63,577 bases of DNA, filler included, from Octopus bimaculoides (GCF_001194135.2; 9 parts of 8 records of this genome joined end to end with filler, not necessarily neighbours in it); one strand, 5' to 3'. Positions 1-12,621 are shown, counted from the first letter of the whole stretch. A program made the numbers and translations. The notes: generated from the sequence alone by a model not told the origin.

Positions 1-160
1 TTCATCCTGTTTTTTGGTTTGTTTTCTTTTGAAGCAGACAAAATTACAGAAAAATGGTAATTTATACGCATATATTGTTTATATAATAAATTATGCTGTG
101 CGTATCTGTGTTTGCAACAATTTTTCGCCAGTACTCAGTAACACATTTTCTAAATGATGG

Positions 161-451
161 TAGAGTTTGATTTGAAGAAGATTTGGCTGCTATTATGCTT
201 GAATTACACTATTCTACTTGTTTCAGTTGATTGAATAATAGCTAATAAGAGGAAAGAGCCATCAAAATACTTGAATATTGCCTGCACTTGTTATTGGAGC
301 TGGCAGAATTATTAATGCACCTCCACCAAGTGCTTCATTTCCTAGAAATAGCAGTCAAATCTTCTTCAAATCAAACTCTAGTGGAGGTGCATAAATAATT
401 CTGCCAACTCCAATAACAAGTGCAGGCAATATTCAAGTATGTTGATAGCTC
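161..451. repeat. Two interleaved inverted-repeat pairs: A 161-194 / A' 347-380 and B 256-326 / B' 381-451
   Basis: TAGAGTTTGATTTGAAGAAGATTTGGCTGCTATT is the reverse complement of 347-380 with 1 mismatch. The 71-bp segment 256-326 is the reverse complement of 381-451 with about 4 mismatches. Confidence 0.9.
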
Positions 452-516
452 ATAGGAAATGTCAGAACTAACAGGGATTAATACCATATACACCGCCACA
501 GCAGTAACTGTATTCA

Positions 517-713
517 ACTGAATAGACGTCAGTGATTGGTTGAAATTATCCAAATAAGACAATTTTTAACATGAAATAACTTCGAATACAAAATGTTTTA
601 TCTGTTCTATAACACAAAATATACAAGTATACGAAGTTTGAAAGTGTTTCGGTACCAAAAACACTACATAAAACATAAATGAAAAATGTTGCCCGTCATA
701 CCAAAAAGATCCG
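517..713. mobile_element. Right arm of the foldback element family found complete at 33254-33828
   Basis: Reverse complement of the left arm 33254-33445, ending in the same terminus AAAAAGATCCG at 713. The spurious ORFs 371..562 and 33291..33626 share the peptide DNFNQSLTSIQ. Confidence 0.85.
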
Positions 714-2342
714 TGTGTGCACATATATTCATTAGTTTTAACGTTGAAGTGAGTTCCAGGTCTCACCGCAACCGGTTTTTTTTCAAACTGAAGTTTAGAA
801 TGCTTGGGAAGTATTTATACAGCAAACCATAACTGTCACTTGCAAGAAAATATGATTTCATATCAAGAATCAGGCTTTTGTTAATCTTGTAGGCGCATGA
901 AGGTGTGTGCCCTAGTGGCACAAAATTATGCGTGCGCTGGTCGGAGAAAATTATGCAACAGTTCAGAATACATACGTGACTTGGCAAACTTAGAGGAAAA
1001 CACAAAGATAGAGATGAAGGAAAAAAAAGTTACAGAAGATGATGAACATTTTTTTATTTTTAAAAATGGAGGAAAATAATGGATTGCTCGCCTCGTGCTG
1101 TACTAATCAAAAGGTAGTGCTGCAGTCGCTTGCTGTCCTTAGATAGTAATGCTACTCTAGTTTACCTAATAATGACATCACTGCCTTGTGGTACTTTTAA
1201 AGCTGACTCACTCCATCTATTGTTCCTTGTCGTAAGTAACCGTTGCTAATTGTTTTGGTTAACGTTGTCAGCAACGTCAGTAGTTCTTTCATTTATCAAC
1301 AATACTAGCGTTCGGAATTAGAAAAAGAGACGGACAAAATTGAATGTTAAGTCCGTGACGATTGAATATTAAGTCCGATACAGGTAGAGAAGAAAAGTAA
1401 AATTGTAATGAGGAAAACACTCGTAGTGTTCTTTTCTTCTAACTAAAGATTAGTGTTCTAATATCGTTCTATCGGACGGTGCGTGTGTTGTTGATAAAAC
1501 GCGGTGCTAAAAGTAAACAAATTATATAAGTTTATATATACTTCATAGAAAAACGTTGCAGATGAATGTAAAGGCAAGATGTATATAAATAATTTTTTTA
1601 GGAGAAAATTACAGAAACAAATTAACTAATAAACACACCCAGGATATATAGCTCTTCTGCAGTATTTTTCTGCTTTCTCTAACTATATATACACTATTTA
1701 GTTTCTGCAAACTGCTTTTGTCTTTGCACAAAAAACATACGTCAAAATCCTTTGAGAACGCTATTAGAACTCAATTTGTATAAGTAAATAAGTACACCGT
1801 TTACTCGCGTTTTTCTAGCTATTATTTCTTTTCCCTCTGTCTCAACATTAAACTGTCCGCGATTATCTAAATTCTTTACTTTTTCCCAATGGTCTCTTTC
1901 TATGCTAATTTCTAGAATTCTTCGTTTAAACTCTTACTCTACCTACGTGAGTTTGTTAATCTGTATACATTGGACTGTATATCCATTCTGAATTATTGAT
2001 CGCGTATAGTAATTGAACTGTAATTAAAGTTACAAAGGCGCTTAGTATTTCTGTGTATAAACATGTTTGTGCTTCTGAGGTTTGTCTTCCGTGCTTTCAT
2101 ATATACCATCTTGCATCTCTCTTTCTCCTTGTCTTTCCTATCTTTGGTTCTGCTTTTAATATTTCGAAGCTTCGATGTTTTGATCTCACCCTTTACCGAT
2201 AACAACACATTCTTTACTAATTTGACATACTTCATTCTTTTATGTACTTGTATTTTTCAATCACAACAACCAATCAGAGTTTCTTCCCGCCAATTAGTTT
2301 TCACCTTAAGTACTGCATAAACGGTGGTACAATAATTATAAA

Positions 2343-2377
2343 CTAGCTGGGCTGGACCCGTGAAAAAATTCACGGGT
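2343..2377 (-). other. Helitron 3' terminal hairpin plus CTAG
   Basis: 9-bp perfect stem with a 4-nt loop, 9 nt upstream of CTAG|T. This is the established Helitron termination signature. Confidence 0.9.
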
Positions 2378-2634
2378 AATTTAAATATCTAAATATCGTC
2401 CAATGAATAGTTATCATTTAATCAAAATTGTTTAATTTGCACTATTTTGGTTAATGAAAAATTCTATCATCATTTGTTATATTTATTAATAATATAAGTA
2501 TATATTAAGTTATTGTGTGAAAGTATATGTTAAATACATCCGTTACAGCACTTCCCTATATACAATGTTTCTAGTGTAGGTGATTCCCTTTCTGCGAACA
2601 TGAATGGATTAGTTTTGAGGTATTACTTTAACCC

Positions 2635-3830
2635 TCACACTGCTCTTGAAAAGCGACGTAAAGCTGGCCATAAGAGAAGCATGTGTATGCCAACTCTATC
2701 GAATGTTTGCCCCTGTGCTTTATTGATTGTCATAAAATAGGACAGACGAACTGGGAACTGGGTCCGATGCAGAACGAATGGAATGTTTGTATCACTTGGA
2801 GTAAGTTTGATTCTTGGAATCATTACTCTCGTGAGAGAATGAGATCCACTTATAGTTGACGCTTCGATGCTATCTCTTGGAGCTGAAATAGTTCCAAGAG
2901 TTCCGTTTCTTATACCTTGTGTTATAGAGAGGTTTCTAAGAAGCATAATAAGTGCTTCAAGTTTTAAGTTAAGGCGATGGGGAGGCATTCCAGAAAGTGT
3001 AAGAAAATTTATAAACTCTATGGGATAATTCTGGGCTTCTTCTTCATTATCAGAAGTTACTGAGTCGGTGCTTAGATATGTCTTAGTTTCAGTTGGCAAT
3101 CTACTTAGAATTTCTTCATTTACTACTGAGCAGTCCGCATTTTTAGGGGATAAGATCACTCTAATTTTCATTTCTTCTGCTGTACATTTGTCAAATATAT
3201 CAGATACCAAAGAATTGTTACATATGTATACTTCATGAATATCAATAGTATCTTCTGCAAGATTATCAATAGAACTTTAAAGGAATCCACTTTCAAGTTA
3301 TAGTAGCCACCTCGAAATATCTTGTTCATTTGCATTTGATGAAAATTATCCCACACAGAGGAGCGCTTGAGGCAGACATCAAATACAACCGCAGGGGGAG
3401 CTCCGGAAACAACTGGAAGGGCTTATCTAACATCTCCTACTACGATAATTTTCCCACCAAACATACTATTACTATTCATAGTCTCTATTAAAAAATGATC
3501 TATAGCTTTCAAAGCATAAATTGATATCACTAAAACTTCGTCAATAATGAAGACTTTTACTCGCCTAAGAATGCTTCCTTGATCCGATTTTGGTGGAACA
3601 TTGTACACACTTGTTTCACTCAAAGGACCTGCAAGCTTGAATATACTGTGAAGAGTTTTACCACCTTTCAAGTGTTGTAGCAATGCCAGCCCAGGTAACT
3701 CTCCTTACTGTTGTATTGTAAGCAGTAAGACGATCGTAAATCATATTGAACAAAAAACTTCTCTCAACTGAAAATGCAGCATCAATCACGCTACTAAATG
3801 CTTCTTTTGTTCAATGTTCAATACATTTGC
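2635..3830 (-). pseudogene. Helitron PIF1-family helicase domain (frameshifts and stops)
   Basis: Motifs across frames: VTWAGIA..LKGGKTLHSIFKL, FIIDEV, FGGKIIVVGD, LPVV, RTQFPVRLSYFMTINKAQGQTFDRVGI and, after a frameshift, FSYGQLYVAFSR. Confidence 0.95.
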
Positions 3831-3896
3831 GTTTACGATTCGTTGTTCTGTATTATTTTCCTTTCCAGGGGCATCTCTGACCATTTCTGGAAGGCC

Positions 3897-4920
3897 CTAT
3901 ATGCTACAATATATGCCAAATATGGCATTCATCAAATAAAGAACGATATTTTCAGCAGTAGTGTTGTCATTTCTTAGTAAAAGATCCTCAATCATGAATT
4001 CTTTGTTTTCATTCCATATTTGCAAAGCATTGAGAGGTTGATTGAAGAGGCAAATCTTAGCAAACATTTTTAAAAGGTGCCGTGGCATTTCGTATGTTGC
4101 TGCTTCTGTCAAAGTGTCTTGTAGTTCATTATCATTATCAAGAAGTGTCAATGTAATACACGCCTCTTTGAAAGTTTCAAATACTTCACCTTCAACAGTT
4201 CTTAAATGATTGAATGATGCCGAGCCAGGGATATGCAGGGGTAGCATCCTCAAATAAAATTTTTCTGCATTACGTGGACTTGCTGAGTACATTCTGGTTA
4301 CAATATTATGGAAGCGCAGTCGCCGTGTCCACTTTGTTGTCTGCTTGTGAAACATATATTGCTCAGGGATATCACAGTAAAGAAGATTGATTTAGCTTGA
4401 ACCAAGCGGTGAAATGTGTGTCACGCTCTTGTGCTCGTGCAGCTGCTTGTCATTGCTCTCCTGCTATGTAGTAGACTTGTTGCTCATCGGGTAAATGTAG
4501 AGCCAAACGGTATACTGTGTGGGAGTGCCCATGCATTTTGAATTCCGATAATCGCGGAAATGCTTCAGGCGGAGACACGTACCTTCATTAATTTGTTCGT
4601 TGTTTTCTGTAATGTCATTTCTAACTTCCATCATTGCACAATCGTGTCCTTTAAAGATATATTTAAAAAAAATATTTCACACTTTCACAGAAGAGCATAC
4701 TTCAACGTTAATGTATGCATGATGTTTTTCCGACAAATATCGTTTATATGGAACAACAAATCTATTGTCCACTTGGTGACTTCCAACTTGTACCGTGTCT
4801 TCATTGTTCCTCCGTTTGTATGCGAGGTATCCTGAAATGTTGTTGATGGTCTCTTCCTGATATTCCTTAGGGAATTTCTTCTGACATTGTCCGTCGACCA
4901 CACATACAGAATTTGGATTC
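3897..4920 (-). pseudogene. Helitron Rep C-terminal part and Rep-helicase linker
   Basis: NPNSVCVVDGQCQKKFPKEY, DNRFVVPY, INVEVCSS, VKYFFKYIFKGHD (catalytic Tyr motif, ~4640-4682), RYVSPPEA, RLALHLPDEQQV, RMYSASPRNAEKFYLRML, TFKEACI. Confidence 0.93.
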
Positions 4921-4924
4921 GATA

Positions 4925-5345
4925 TTCTTTTGTTCTTTTACTTGTTTCAGTCATTTTGACTGCGGCCATGCTGGAGCACCGCCTTTTGTCGAGCAAATTG
5001 ACCCAGGACTTATTCTTTGGAAGCCTAGTACTTATTCTATCAGTCTCTTTTGTCGAACCACTAAGTTATGGGGATGTAAACACACCAGCATCAGTTGTCA
5101 AGCGATGTTGGGGAGGACACACACACACACACAAACGCGCGCGCNNNNNNNNNNCACACACACACACACACACACACACACGCAAATATATATACGAATG
5201 GCTTTCAGTTTCCGTCTACCAAATCCGCTCACAAGGCTTTGGTCGGCCCGAGGCTATAGTAGTTGCCCAAGATGTCACGCAGTGGGAGTGAGCCCGGAAC
5301 CATGTGGCTGGTAAGCAAGCTACTTACCACACAGCCACTCCTGCT
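4925..5345 (-). mobile_element. Full-length tRNA-type SINE (family A) inserted in Helitron Rep
   Basis: The minus strand reads head GCAGGAGTGGCTGTGTGGTAAGTAGCTTGC, then (TG)n, then tail ...GGCCGCAGTCAAAATGACTGAAACAAGTAAAAG. Flanked by GATA at 4921-4924 and 5346-5349 (candidate TSD). Related copies occur elsewhere in the window. Confidence 0.85.
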
Positions 5346-7130
5346 GATACTCCAGAAAGTCCATGGATCACCAGTGTTCGAACCAACTGTCTCATCTCCA
5401 TTTTCTTCCATGGGCAGAATCTCAGCAATGTTATCAATTTATTCTTTTGTTCTAATTTTATCTTCATCACGCAGCACAATAAGCATATGAAAATGCGGAA
5501 GACCGCTTTTCTGGAATTCAGTCACATGTAAATGAGCAATATGTATACCAAGTACATGTTTTTCTTTGATATCAATCATCAATTCATTAAGATGCAACTT
5601 GTAAACGCGCACTTCTAAATCTGGCTTGTTTTGAGCTTCTTCGTGAGGTAATTTCTTGACATTTCGGATTGCAAGTGTAAGTTAGAAATAGGTCAGGTCT
5701 TCCATATTTGCAAGCTATCGCCATTGCGTCGTGATGTGATTCTTGCATATTCCTTGGACTTCTGGAGAAAGTTGAAGGCAGGATGACAGGGACTTCCGGC
5801 ACATCATTTTGATTATTTCTCGCTAGGTGATCCATGAGGCCAGAGTATATTGTAACTCTCAACTGTGCTTGGATATTTTGAATGAAATTCAAACGACATC
5901 TCTCTACTTCAACACAGGCGTCAACAATGTATTGTTGAAATAATTTTCCCGCTCGATGTATTGCGCTGAAACCAGCCAAGCGATATGTGTAGAATTCCTG
6001 CATTGTTACTTCGTTACGAACTCTTGTATGATGATGTTCTACGTGCGGCATGTTAACATGCCGTTCTTGGTCGCCATTTGGAAAAAGAAGAGGATAAAAC
6101 AGTGATATAAATGGCAAGAAATGTACGATATTCTCTCTTTATATTGTCCTATAGGATATACAACAATATCACGATGTATTGGCGGCGCTCCATCTTCGCC
6201 AACAAAAATTGCTGCAATCTCATTGTTTGTTGGAATATTGTATCATCTTGCATCAAGACCTGGGATGAAGTGCATGGTTACTTTTATAGAAGAAATATTT
6301 CCTCTTTTAACTCTTTCTTGCTCTTGCACTTCAATGGTTCTCATATTATTATATGCTGCTGCATAAGGGTTATTATTCATTGCAACAGATATTTGTTCAA
6401 ATACCGAGAATAAGCAATTGGCATTTTCATTAGCATTAGCTCGGGTATGGATTGCTTCATATGTTTCAATGCTTCATATGTTTCAATATCTTCTTTGTTC
6501 AATTTCATTTGGATACAGATTGCTGGCGTAATGACATATTTGACCTTGTAATTGGAAGCAATAAGGGCCAGGTCCTGGTGGAGGTTTGATATTAGCACCA
6601 AAAGAAGCAGAAGCAAAGGCAGAATTATATTTTCTCATGCTGTTCCTAAAATTAGATCCTTCGCGATTATTTATATCAAATAATTGCCTAAGATTACCAG
6701 GATATTCTTGTAAAGCAGGAATTAATACTTTTCCATTGTGACAACAATTCAGGATCTCTATTGAGAATCTTAAAACTCCACATTATCGATAAATAACATT
6801 CATATTACCAATATGGAACCCTAAAGGTTGATCTACATTTATGGCATTTCTTCGCTGTTGAAATCTGTTTCTCATATTTTGTAGATAAGCTTTTCTCTCC
6901 TCGGGATTCATATTATTTCTTCTCTTTTAATTTCTGTTTCTTCTATTCTGAAGATGAAGACCTCCTCTCCCCTCTTGTTTCATATTATTCTTCATTTCTT
7001 GCATTTATTTTCGAATACGGTCACGGATTGCTTGCCTCTCTTCTGCTGGTAACCGTTATCGTCGTCTTCTCTGTCACTCTCTTGCTGCGGTTCTTTGTTG
7101 ACTTATTCTCTCTTCTATTTTTAAGAATGG
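5346..7130 (-). pseudogene. Helitron RepHel N-terminus and Rep (HUH endonuclease) region
   Basis: Basic N-terminal RLPAEERQAIRDRIRK, CCHNGKV (~6740), MRKYNSAFASASFG..GPYCFQLQGQI, LFYPLLFPNG, GKLFQQYIVDA, VILPSTF..SPRNM, KYGRPDLFLTYTCNP, and HUH motif TEFQKSGLPHFHMLI (~5480-5530). Confidence 0.93.
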
Positions 7131-7484
7131 TTAAATGAGTAACTGATATAAGAAAACAGCTCCCTTAACGTGATAAACACCGACGGTAGAATCGTATTAA
7201 TATATAGAATGCTAAAGTAAATTATATGTAATCAGTTGTAACTATACTACAATGAATTCCTTCAGGAATATAATACAACGTTAAAATAGCTTTAGCTACA
7301 CTATATGCTCCCGTGTCAAATCTTTACTTGTGGAAGTCTACAATCGCATCCCACCATTTTTAATTTCCATAGGCTGTACGCAAATTGTGCCAGATGAAAA
7401 AATTTGGGAATGTTATGTAAGTTTTTATTTATTCAATATTCTCAATAATTATGATGGTTAGCACACTAGACAAAATGCTCAGTG

Positions 7485-7670
7485 GAATTACTTGCTTCAG
7501 TCATTTTGACTGCGGCCATGCTGGGGCACCGCCTTGGAGAGTTTTAGTCGAACAAATCGACCCTAGAACTTATGTTCTGAAGCCTAGTACTTATTTTCTC
7601 GGTCTCTTTTGCCGAAACGTTAAGTTACGGGGACGTAATCACACACCACCGCAAATTGTCAAGCGGCGGT

Positions 7671-7718
<48 letters not shown>
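7485..7718 (-). mobile_element. SINE family A, 3' half (the rest is probably in the N gap)
   Basis: Close match to 4935-5130, followed by (CA)n and a gap. Confidence 0.8.
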
Positions 7719-8288
7719 NNNNNNNNNNNNNNNNNNNNNNNNNNNNNNNNNNNNNNNNNNNNNNNNNNNNNNNNNNNNNNNNNNNNNNNNNNNNNNNNNN
7801 NNNNNNNNNNNNNNNNNNNNNNNNNNNNNNNNNNNNNNNNNNNNNNNNNNNNNNNNNNNNNNNNNNNNNNNNNNNNNNNNNNNNNNNNNNNNNNNNNNNN
7901 NNNNNNNNNNNNNNNNNNNNNNNNNNNNNNNNNNNNNNNNNNNNNNNNNNNNNNNNNNNNNNNNNNNNNNNNNNNNNNNNNNNNNNNNNNNNNNNNNNNN
8001 NNNNNNNNNNNNNNNNNNNNNNNNNNNNNNNNNNNNNNNNNNNNNNNNNNNNNNNNNNNNNNNNNNNNNNNNNNNNNNNNNNNNNNNNNNNNNNNNNNNN
8101 NNNNNNNNNNNNNNNNNNNNNNNNNNNNNNNNNNNNNNNNNNNNNNNNNNNNNNNNNNNNNNNNNNNNNNNNNNNNNNNNNNNNNNNNNNNNNNNNNNNN
8201 NNNNNNNNNNNNNNNNNNNNNNNNNNNNNNNNNNNNNNNNNNNNNNNNNNNNNNNNNNNNNNNNNNNNNNNNNNNNNNNNNNNNNNNN

Positions 8289-8338
<50 letters not shown>

Positions 8339-9119
8339 TGTGTGAATATACTCGTATATGGGGAACGTTCATTCTTTGCCAAACGTAAGTCTTAACACCA
8401 AAAACTGTCCAATTATATGCATATAATTTGAATTCTTCTTATTTAATATTCTGTAGTGACGTGTTTTGCGTTGAAAAAAAAATTAAACAAAATATAAGAA
8501 CAAAAACATGATAAAAGAAGCTATAAAACACCAGAAGGAACAAATTAATGCGAGAGAAACAAAATTAGTTAATTAGTAAACGAGTGCTATTTCTATTTTT
8601 TGCGGTAAACATCACAGAAAGAGACAATTTCTTTCTTTAAAAATTAAAACGAACTTATTTTAAAGAGAAATGACATCTTTTCATTGTTTCATCTGAACTG
8701 GAAATAATAATCAAAAGGTGAATTTTTCTAATAAACTGAATGATAAGATCTTTTCAAGTAGCATGTTAGTGGTGCCAACGTTTATATTATACCAAAAGAG
8801 TTACTACTTCTTCGTTATGATAGTTTGTTTACAGAATATCTAAGAAGTGTAAAGTTCCTTAATTGTAAAATACTGAAATTTTGCATCCGGTTATACTGCA
8901 GGATTCACTGGATGTTTCACACAGTAACATACAGGAGTTAATAGATAGCATCTACGCAGAAATTCGTGGTGCTAAACCAGCTAAATTTTCCTCAAATTAC
9001 ACCCTACTATTTTAAGAAAGGAGGATACATTTGATTATGGAGTTATGCATATATTACATCTAAAAAAAAAAAAAAAAGTTCACGCTAAAAGGTCTTCGAT
9101 CATAAATAGTCTTGATCCG

Positions 9120-9440
9120 AGACACACAAGGGGAGGGCCGTATGTTTACATTGGGCAGATGGCTGATTCATTTAAGAATCGCTATCGTAACCATATTGCC
9201 AGCTTTAAGACAATCAATAACAGACATTTAACATCTTTGGCAGATTTTGCATGGCGACTGAAAAGGGATAAAACGAAGAACAGCATAAACTGGTCCATAG
9301 TAAGGTACGCGTAATCATACAATATAATTTCCAGGAGATGCCGTCTCTGCTCTGAGGAATTCTTGTGAATTCTAATGAGAAGATCATTAATAGAATTTCT
9401 GAATGACTCTTGAGATGCCTACACGCATATAAATGTACTT
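9120..9440 (+). mobile_element. Penelope-like element remnant, GIY-YIG endonuclease region
   Basis: YVYIGQMADSFKNRYRNHIASFK..TSLADFAWRLK..INWSIVRYA, then SRRCRLCSEE and LNRISE..RCLH, the C-terminal pattern of PLE ORFs. Stops are present. Confidence 0.8.
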
Positions 9441-10729
9441 TTGCACAATGCAGTGGGAATGAATTTTGAGGTATGGATAACTTAAGCTTACTTTTAACCT
9501 CCCCATTCTTACAAACACCAAGTAGATAGCTAACTCGCTTTGTGATCATGAGTGCATCAAACCTCACGTGTGCGTATGCTCACATGTTTGCGGGTGCTTG
9601 TATGAGCGAGTGTACTCGCGCTGTGCAGCTTACCCGAGGGTGTTTATACATCCATATTTGTCAACGGTTATTTTTAATACTTTTCTCGCTAGATTGTGTG
9701 TTCGTTTCTCTTTTTGTCATCTGTGATTTTATTTTTGATCTTCTATATAAATGAAGATATTTTATCCGTCTGGCTGCTTTTTTCTTCTACAAAATGGGTA
9801 GTTACATTGTAGAACAGTTATTTTAAGGCGTTATATTCATATAACACCCGACGAGATACATATGCACCGCCGGATGCTCCTGAACTAGTTGTTGAGTGTC
9901 CCACTTATGAAGAATCGATGCTAGATGTGTCGAAACAATTGTGATTAATGATAAATTCTCGTGTCTTCGTGTGAGGTTTTGTATTGTATGGTCTTGAACG
10001 ATGAAGTTATATCTGTTAGCTCTGTAGTATAACAGAACCTCAGGGTGTGTCAATTTTTAATCCATGGATTAAAAATCCCTTCCATCCAAATATTTAACTA
10101 ATTATACGTGATAAGATTTCGCATTCTTTCAGTAATAAAATTAGCGAGGGGAATTTATAACCGGTGATTTGAAGAAACGATATTGAAGAGAATGTGCATT
10201 TCTTGTGTTCAATTTTAACAAAGCAAAATGGCCGGATTCAAGTTGATATTTCTTAGACGTTTTCTTAGATTCTTTTAATCTATAAAAGAAAAGTGCTTGC
10301 AGTGATTTTGGTTTTTAAAACCATAAACTTATCATCAATAATGTCTTTCTGGGAGCATTTAAAAAATTTTGTGAGAGAAAATTTCTTTCTCGAATGTTTC
10401 AAAATTTTCTTTGATGATATTAGACTTTGTAGAATAGTTCAGAATAACTTTTAATATCAAGTTTTAATCTAATAAGGTTAATAAATTTACTAGTTTCAGT
10501 AAGTCTTATAGGAAAATAGCGGTTAGTTCGTTGTAGAGAAATATATTTTGTTTTTGTATATATCACATTATATCTAACCGTCGAACTTTTCGGTATATAA
10601 AGCATAGTGGCTCTAATATAGGAAAACAGTTTTAAAGTTTCAATCGACTTAGTAAGCTCTATCAATTTTCTACAAAGAAAATTAGTCTTAATAAAATGTG
10701 ATCGCCAAATCACCGTTTTGGTTATAGAT

Positions 10730-11070
10730 ACAGGTGTGGCTGTGTGGCAAGAAACTTGCTTCCCAACTGCATGGTTCTAGGTTCAGTCCCACTAGGTAGC
10801 ACCTTGAGAAAGTACCTTCTACTATAACCGGCACGACTAAAGCCTGGTGAGTGGATTTAGTAGATGAGGACTGAAAGAAGTCCGTCTTATATTTTTTTAT
10901 TATTTTACTTGTTTCAGTAAAGGGTGTTAGTCAAAGAAATCGATCTCAGGACTAATTCTTTGTAAGCCTAGTACTTATTCAATCGGTCTCTGTTGCCGAA
11001 CCGCTATGTTTCGGGGACATAAACACACCAGCATCGGTTGTCAAGCGCTGATGGGTGGACAAACACATAC
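10730..11070. mobile_element. Two opposed SINE family A fragments: head on + (10730-10890), tail on - (10905-11070)
   Basis: The head GGTGTGGCTGTGTGGCAAG...GGTTCAGTCCCAC matches the 5345 head. 10905-11070 matches 4935-5120 in the same orientation. Confidence 0.75.
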
Positions 11071-11881
11071 ACACAAATACACACACACGCACACACACCT
11101 ATATATATATATATATNNNNNNNNNNNNNNNNNNNNNNNNNNNNNNNNNNNNNNNNNNNNNNNNNNNNNNNNNNNNNNNNNNNNNNNNNNNNNNNNNNNN
11201 NNNNNNNNNNNNNNNNNNNNNNNNNNNNNNNNNNNNNNNNNNNNNNNNNNNNNNNNNNNNNNNNNNNNNNNNNNNNNNNNNNNNNNNNNNNNNNNNNNNN
11301 NNNNNNNNNNNNNNNNNNNNNNNNNNNNNNNNNNNNNNNNNNNNNNNNNNNNNNNNNNNNNNNNNNNNNNNNNNNNNNNNNNNNNNNNNNNNNNNNNNNN
11401 NNNNNNNNNNNNNNNNNNNNNNNNNNNNNNNNNNNNNNNNNNNNNNNNNNNNNNNNNNNNNNNNNNNNNNNNNNNNNNNNNNNNNNNNNNNNNNNNNNNN
11501 NNNNNNNNNNNNNNNNNNNNNNNNNNNNNNNNNNNNNNNNNNNNNNNNNNNNNNNNNNNNNNNNNNNNNNNNNNNNNNNNNNNNNNNNNNNNNNNNNNNN
11601 NNNNNNNNNNNNNNNNNNNNNNNNNNNNNNNNNNNNNNNNNNNNNNNNNNNNNNNNNNNNNNNNNNNNNNNNNNNNNNNNNNNNNNNNNNNNNNNNNNNN
11701 NNNNNNNNNNNNNNNNNNNNNNNNNNNNNNNNNNNNNNNNNNNNNNNNNNNNNNNNNNNNNNNNNNNNNNNNNNNNNNNNNNNNNNNNNNNNNNNNNNNN
11801 NNNNNNNNNNNNNNNNNNNNNNNNNNNNNNNNNNNNNNNNNNNNNNNNNNNNNNNNNNNNNNNNNNNNNNNNNNNNNNNNN

Positions 11882-11949
<68 letters not shown>

Positions 11950-12010
11950 GAAATAAAGAGAGAGAGAAAGAGAGAGAGAAAGGGAGAGGGAGAGAGAAAA
12001 AGGATTTCAG
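11882..12010. repeat. (GA)n microsatellite
   Basis: Seen directly. Confidence 0.95.
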
Positions 12011-12337
12011 AGAGAAATAAACATCACCATACAACATTTCTGCTGTTGGCAATCGTATTTGGTTGATATATATATAAACAATTCCACCGTGCACCAGAGG
12101 ATACTTAAGCTTGGTGTTTGGCATTATTAGTCTGGTAAGTAATTATGCGCATATATTTGTGTATTCGTTCTTTAAATATCGAGTTCTTATATATTTCCTC
12201 ATGTGAGTGAACTACAAAAACGGTCAGCATCTCGAATATCGATTGTTTGCATTTTAGAATATTGAGAACTTACTTGGAAAATTTGGATTTACAATGAAAA
12301 TAGTTCTCTTCTGGTACTCAATATTACAGACGTGGAT

Positions 12338-12520
12338 ACATGTATGTATGTATGTATGTATGTATGTATGTATGTATGTATGTATGTATGTATGTATGTA
12401 CGTATGTATGTATGTATGTACATGTATATATGTACATGTATATGTATATATGTATTTATGTATGTAAGTACGTGTGTATGTACTATGTGCATGTATCTGT
12501 GTATGTGTATGTAGCATGTA

Positions 12521-12566
<46 letters not shown>

Positions 12567-12577
12567 CCTATCTATCT
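12338..12577. repeat. Compound (TATG)n / (TATC)n microsatellite
   Basis: Seen directly; it produces the spurious YIHT/YVCM ORFs. Confidence 0.95.
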
Positions 12578-12621
12578 NNNNNNNNNNNNNNNNNNNNNNN
12601 NNNNNNNNNNNNNNNNNNNNN

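Larger units (their letters stand above)
2343..7208 (-). mobile_element. Helitron (RepHel-type rolling-circle transposon), coding region decayed
   Basis: Minus-strand 3' end: hairpin ACCCGTGAA-TTTT-TTCACGGGT (2356-2377) then CTAG (2343-2346) followed by T. Candidate 5' end TCTATATATTAAT at 7208, but it is preceded by T rather than the canonical A. Rep and PIF1 helicase motifs lie in the correct order in between. Confidence 0.93.
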
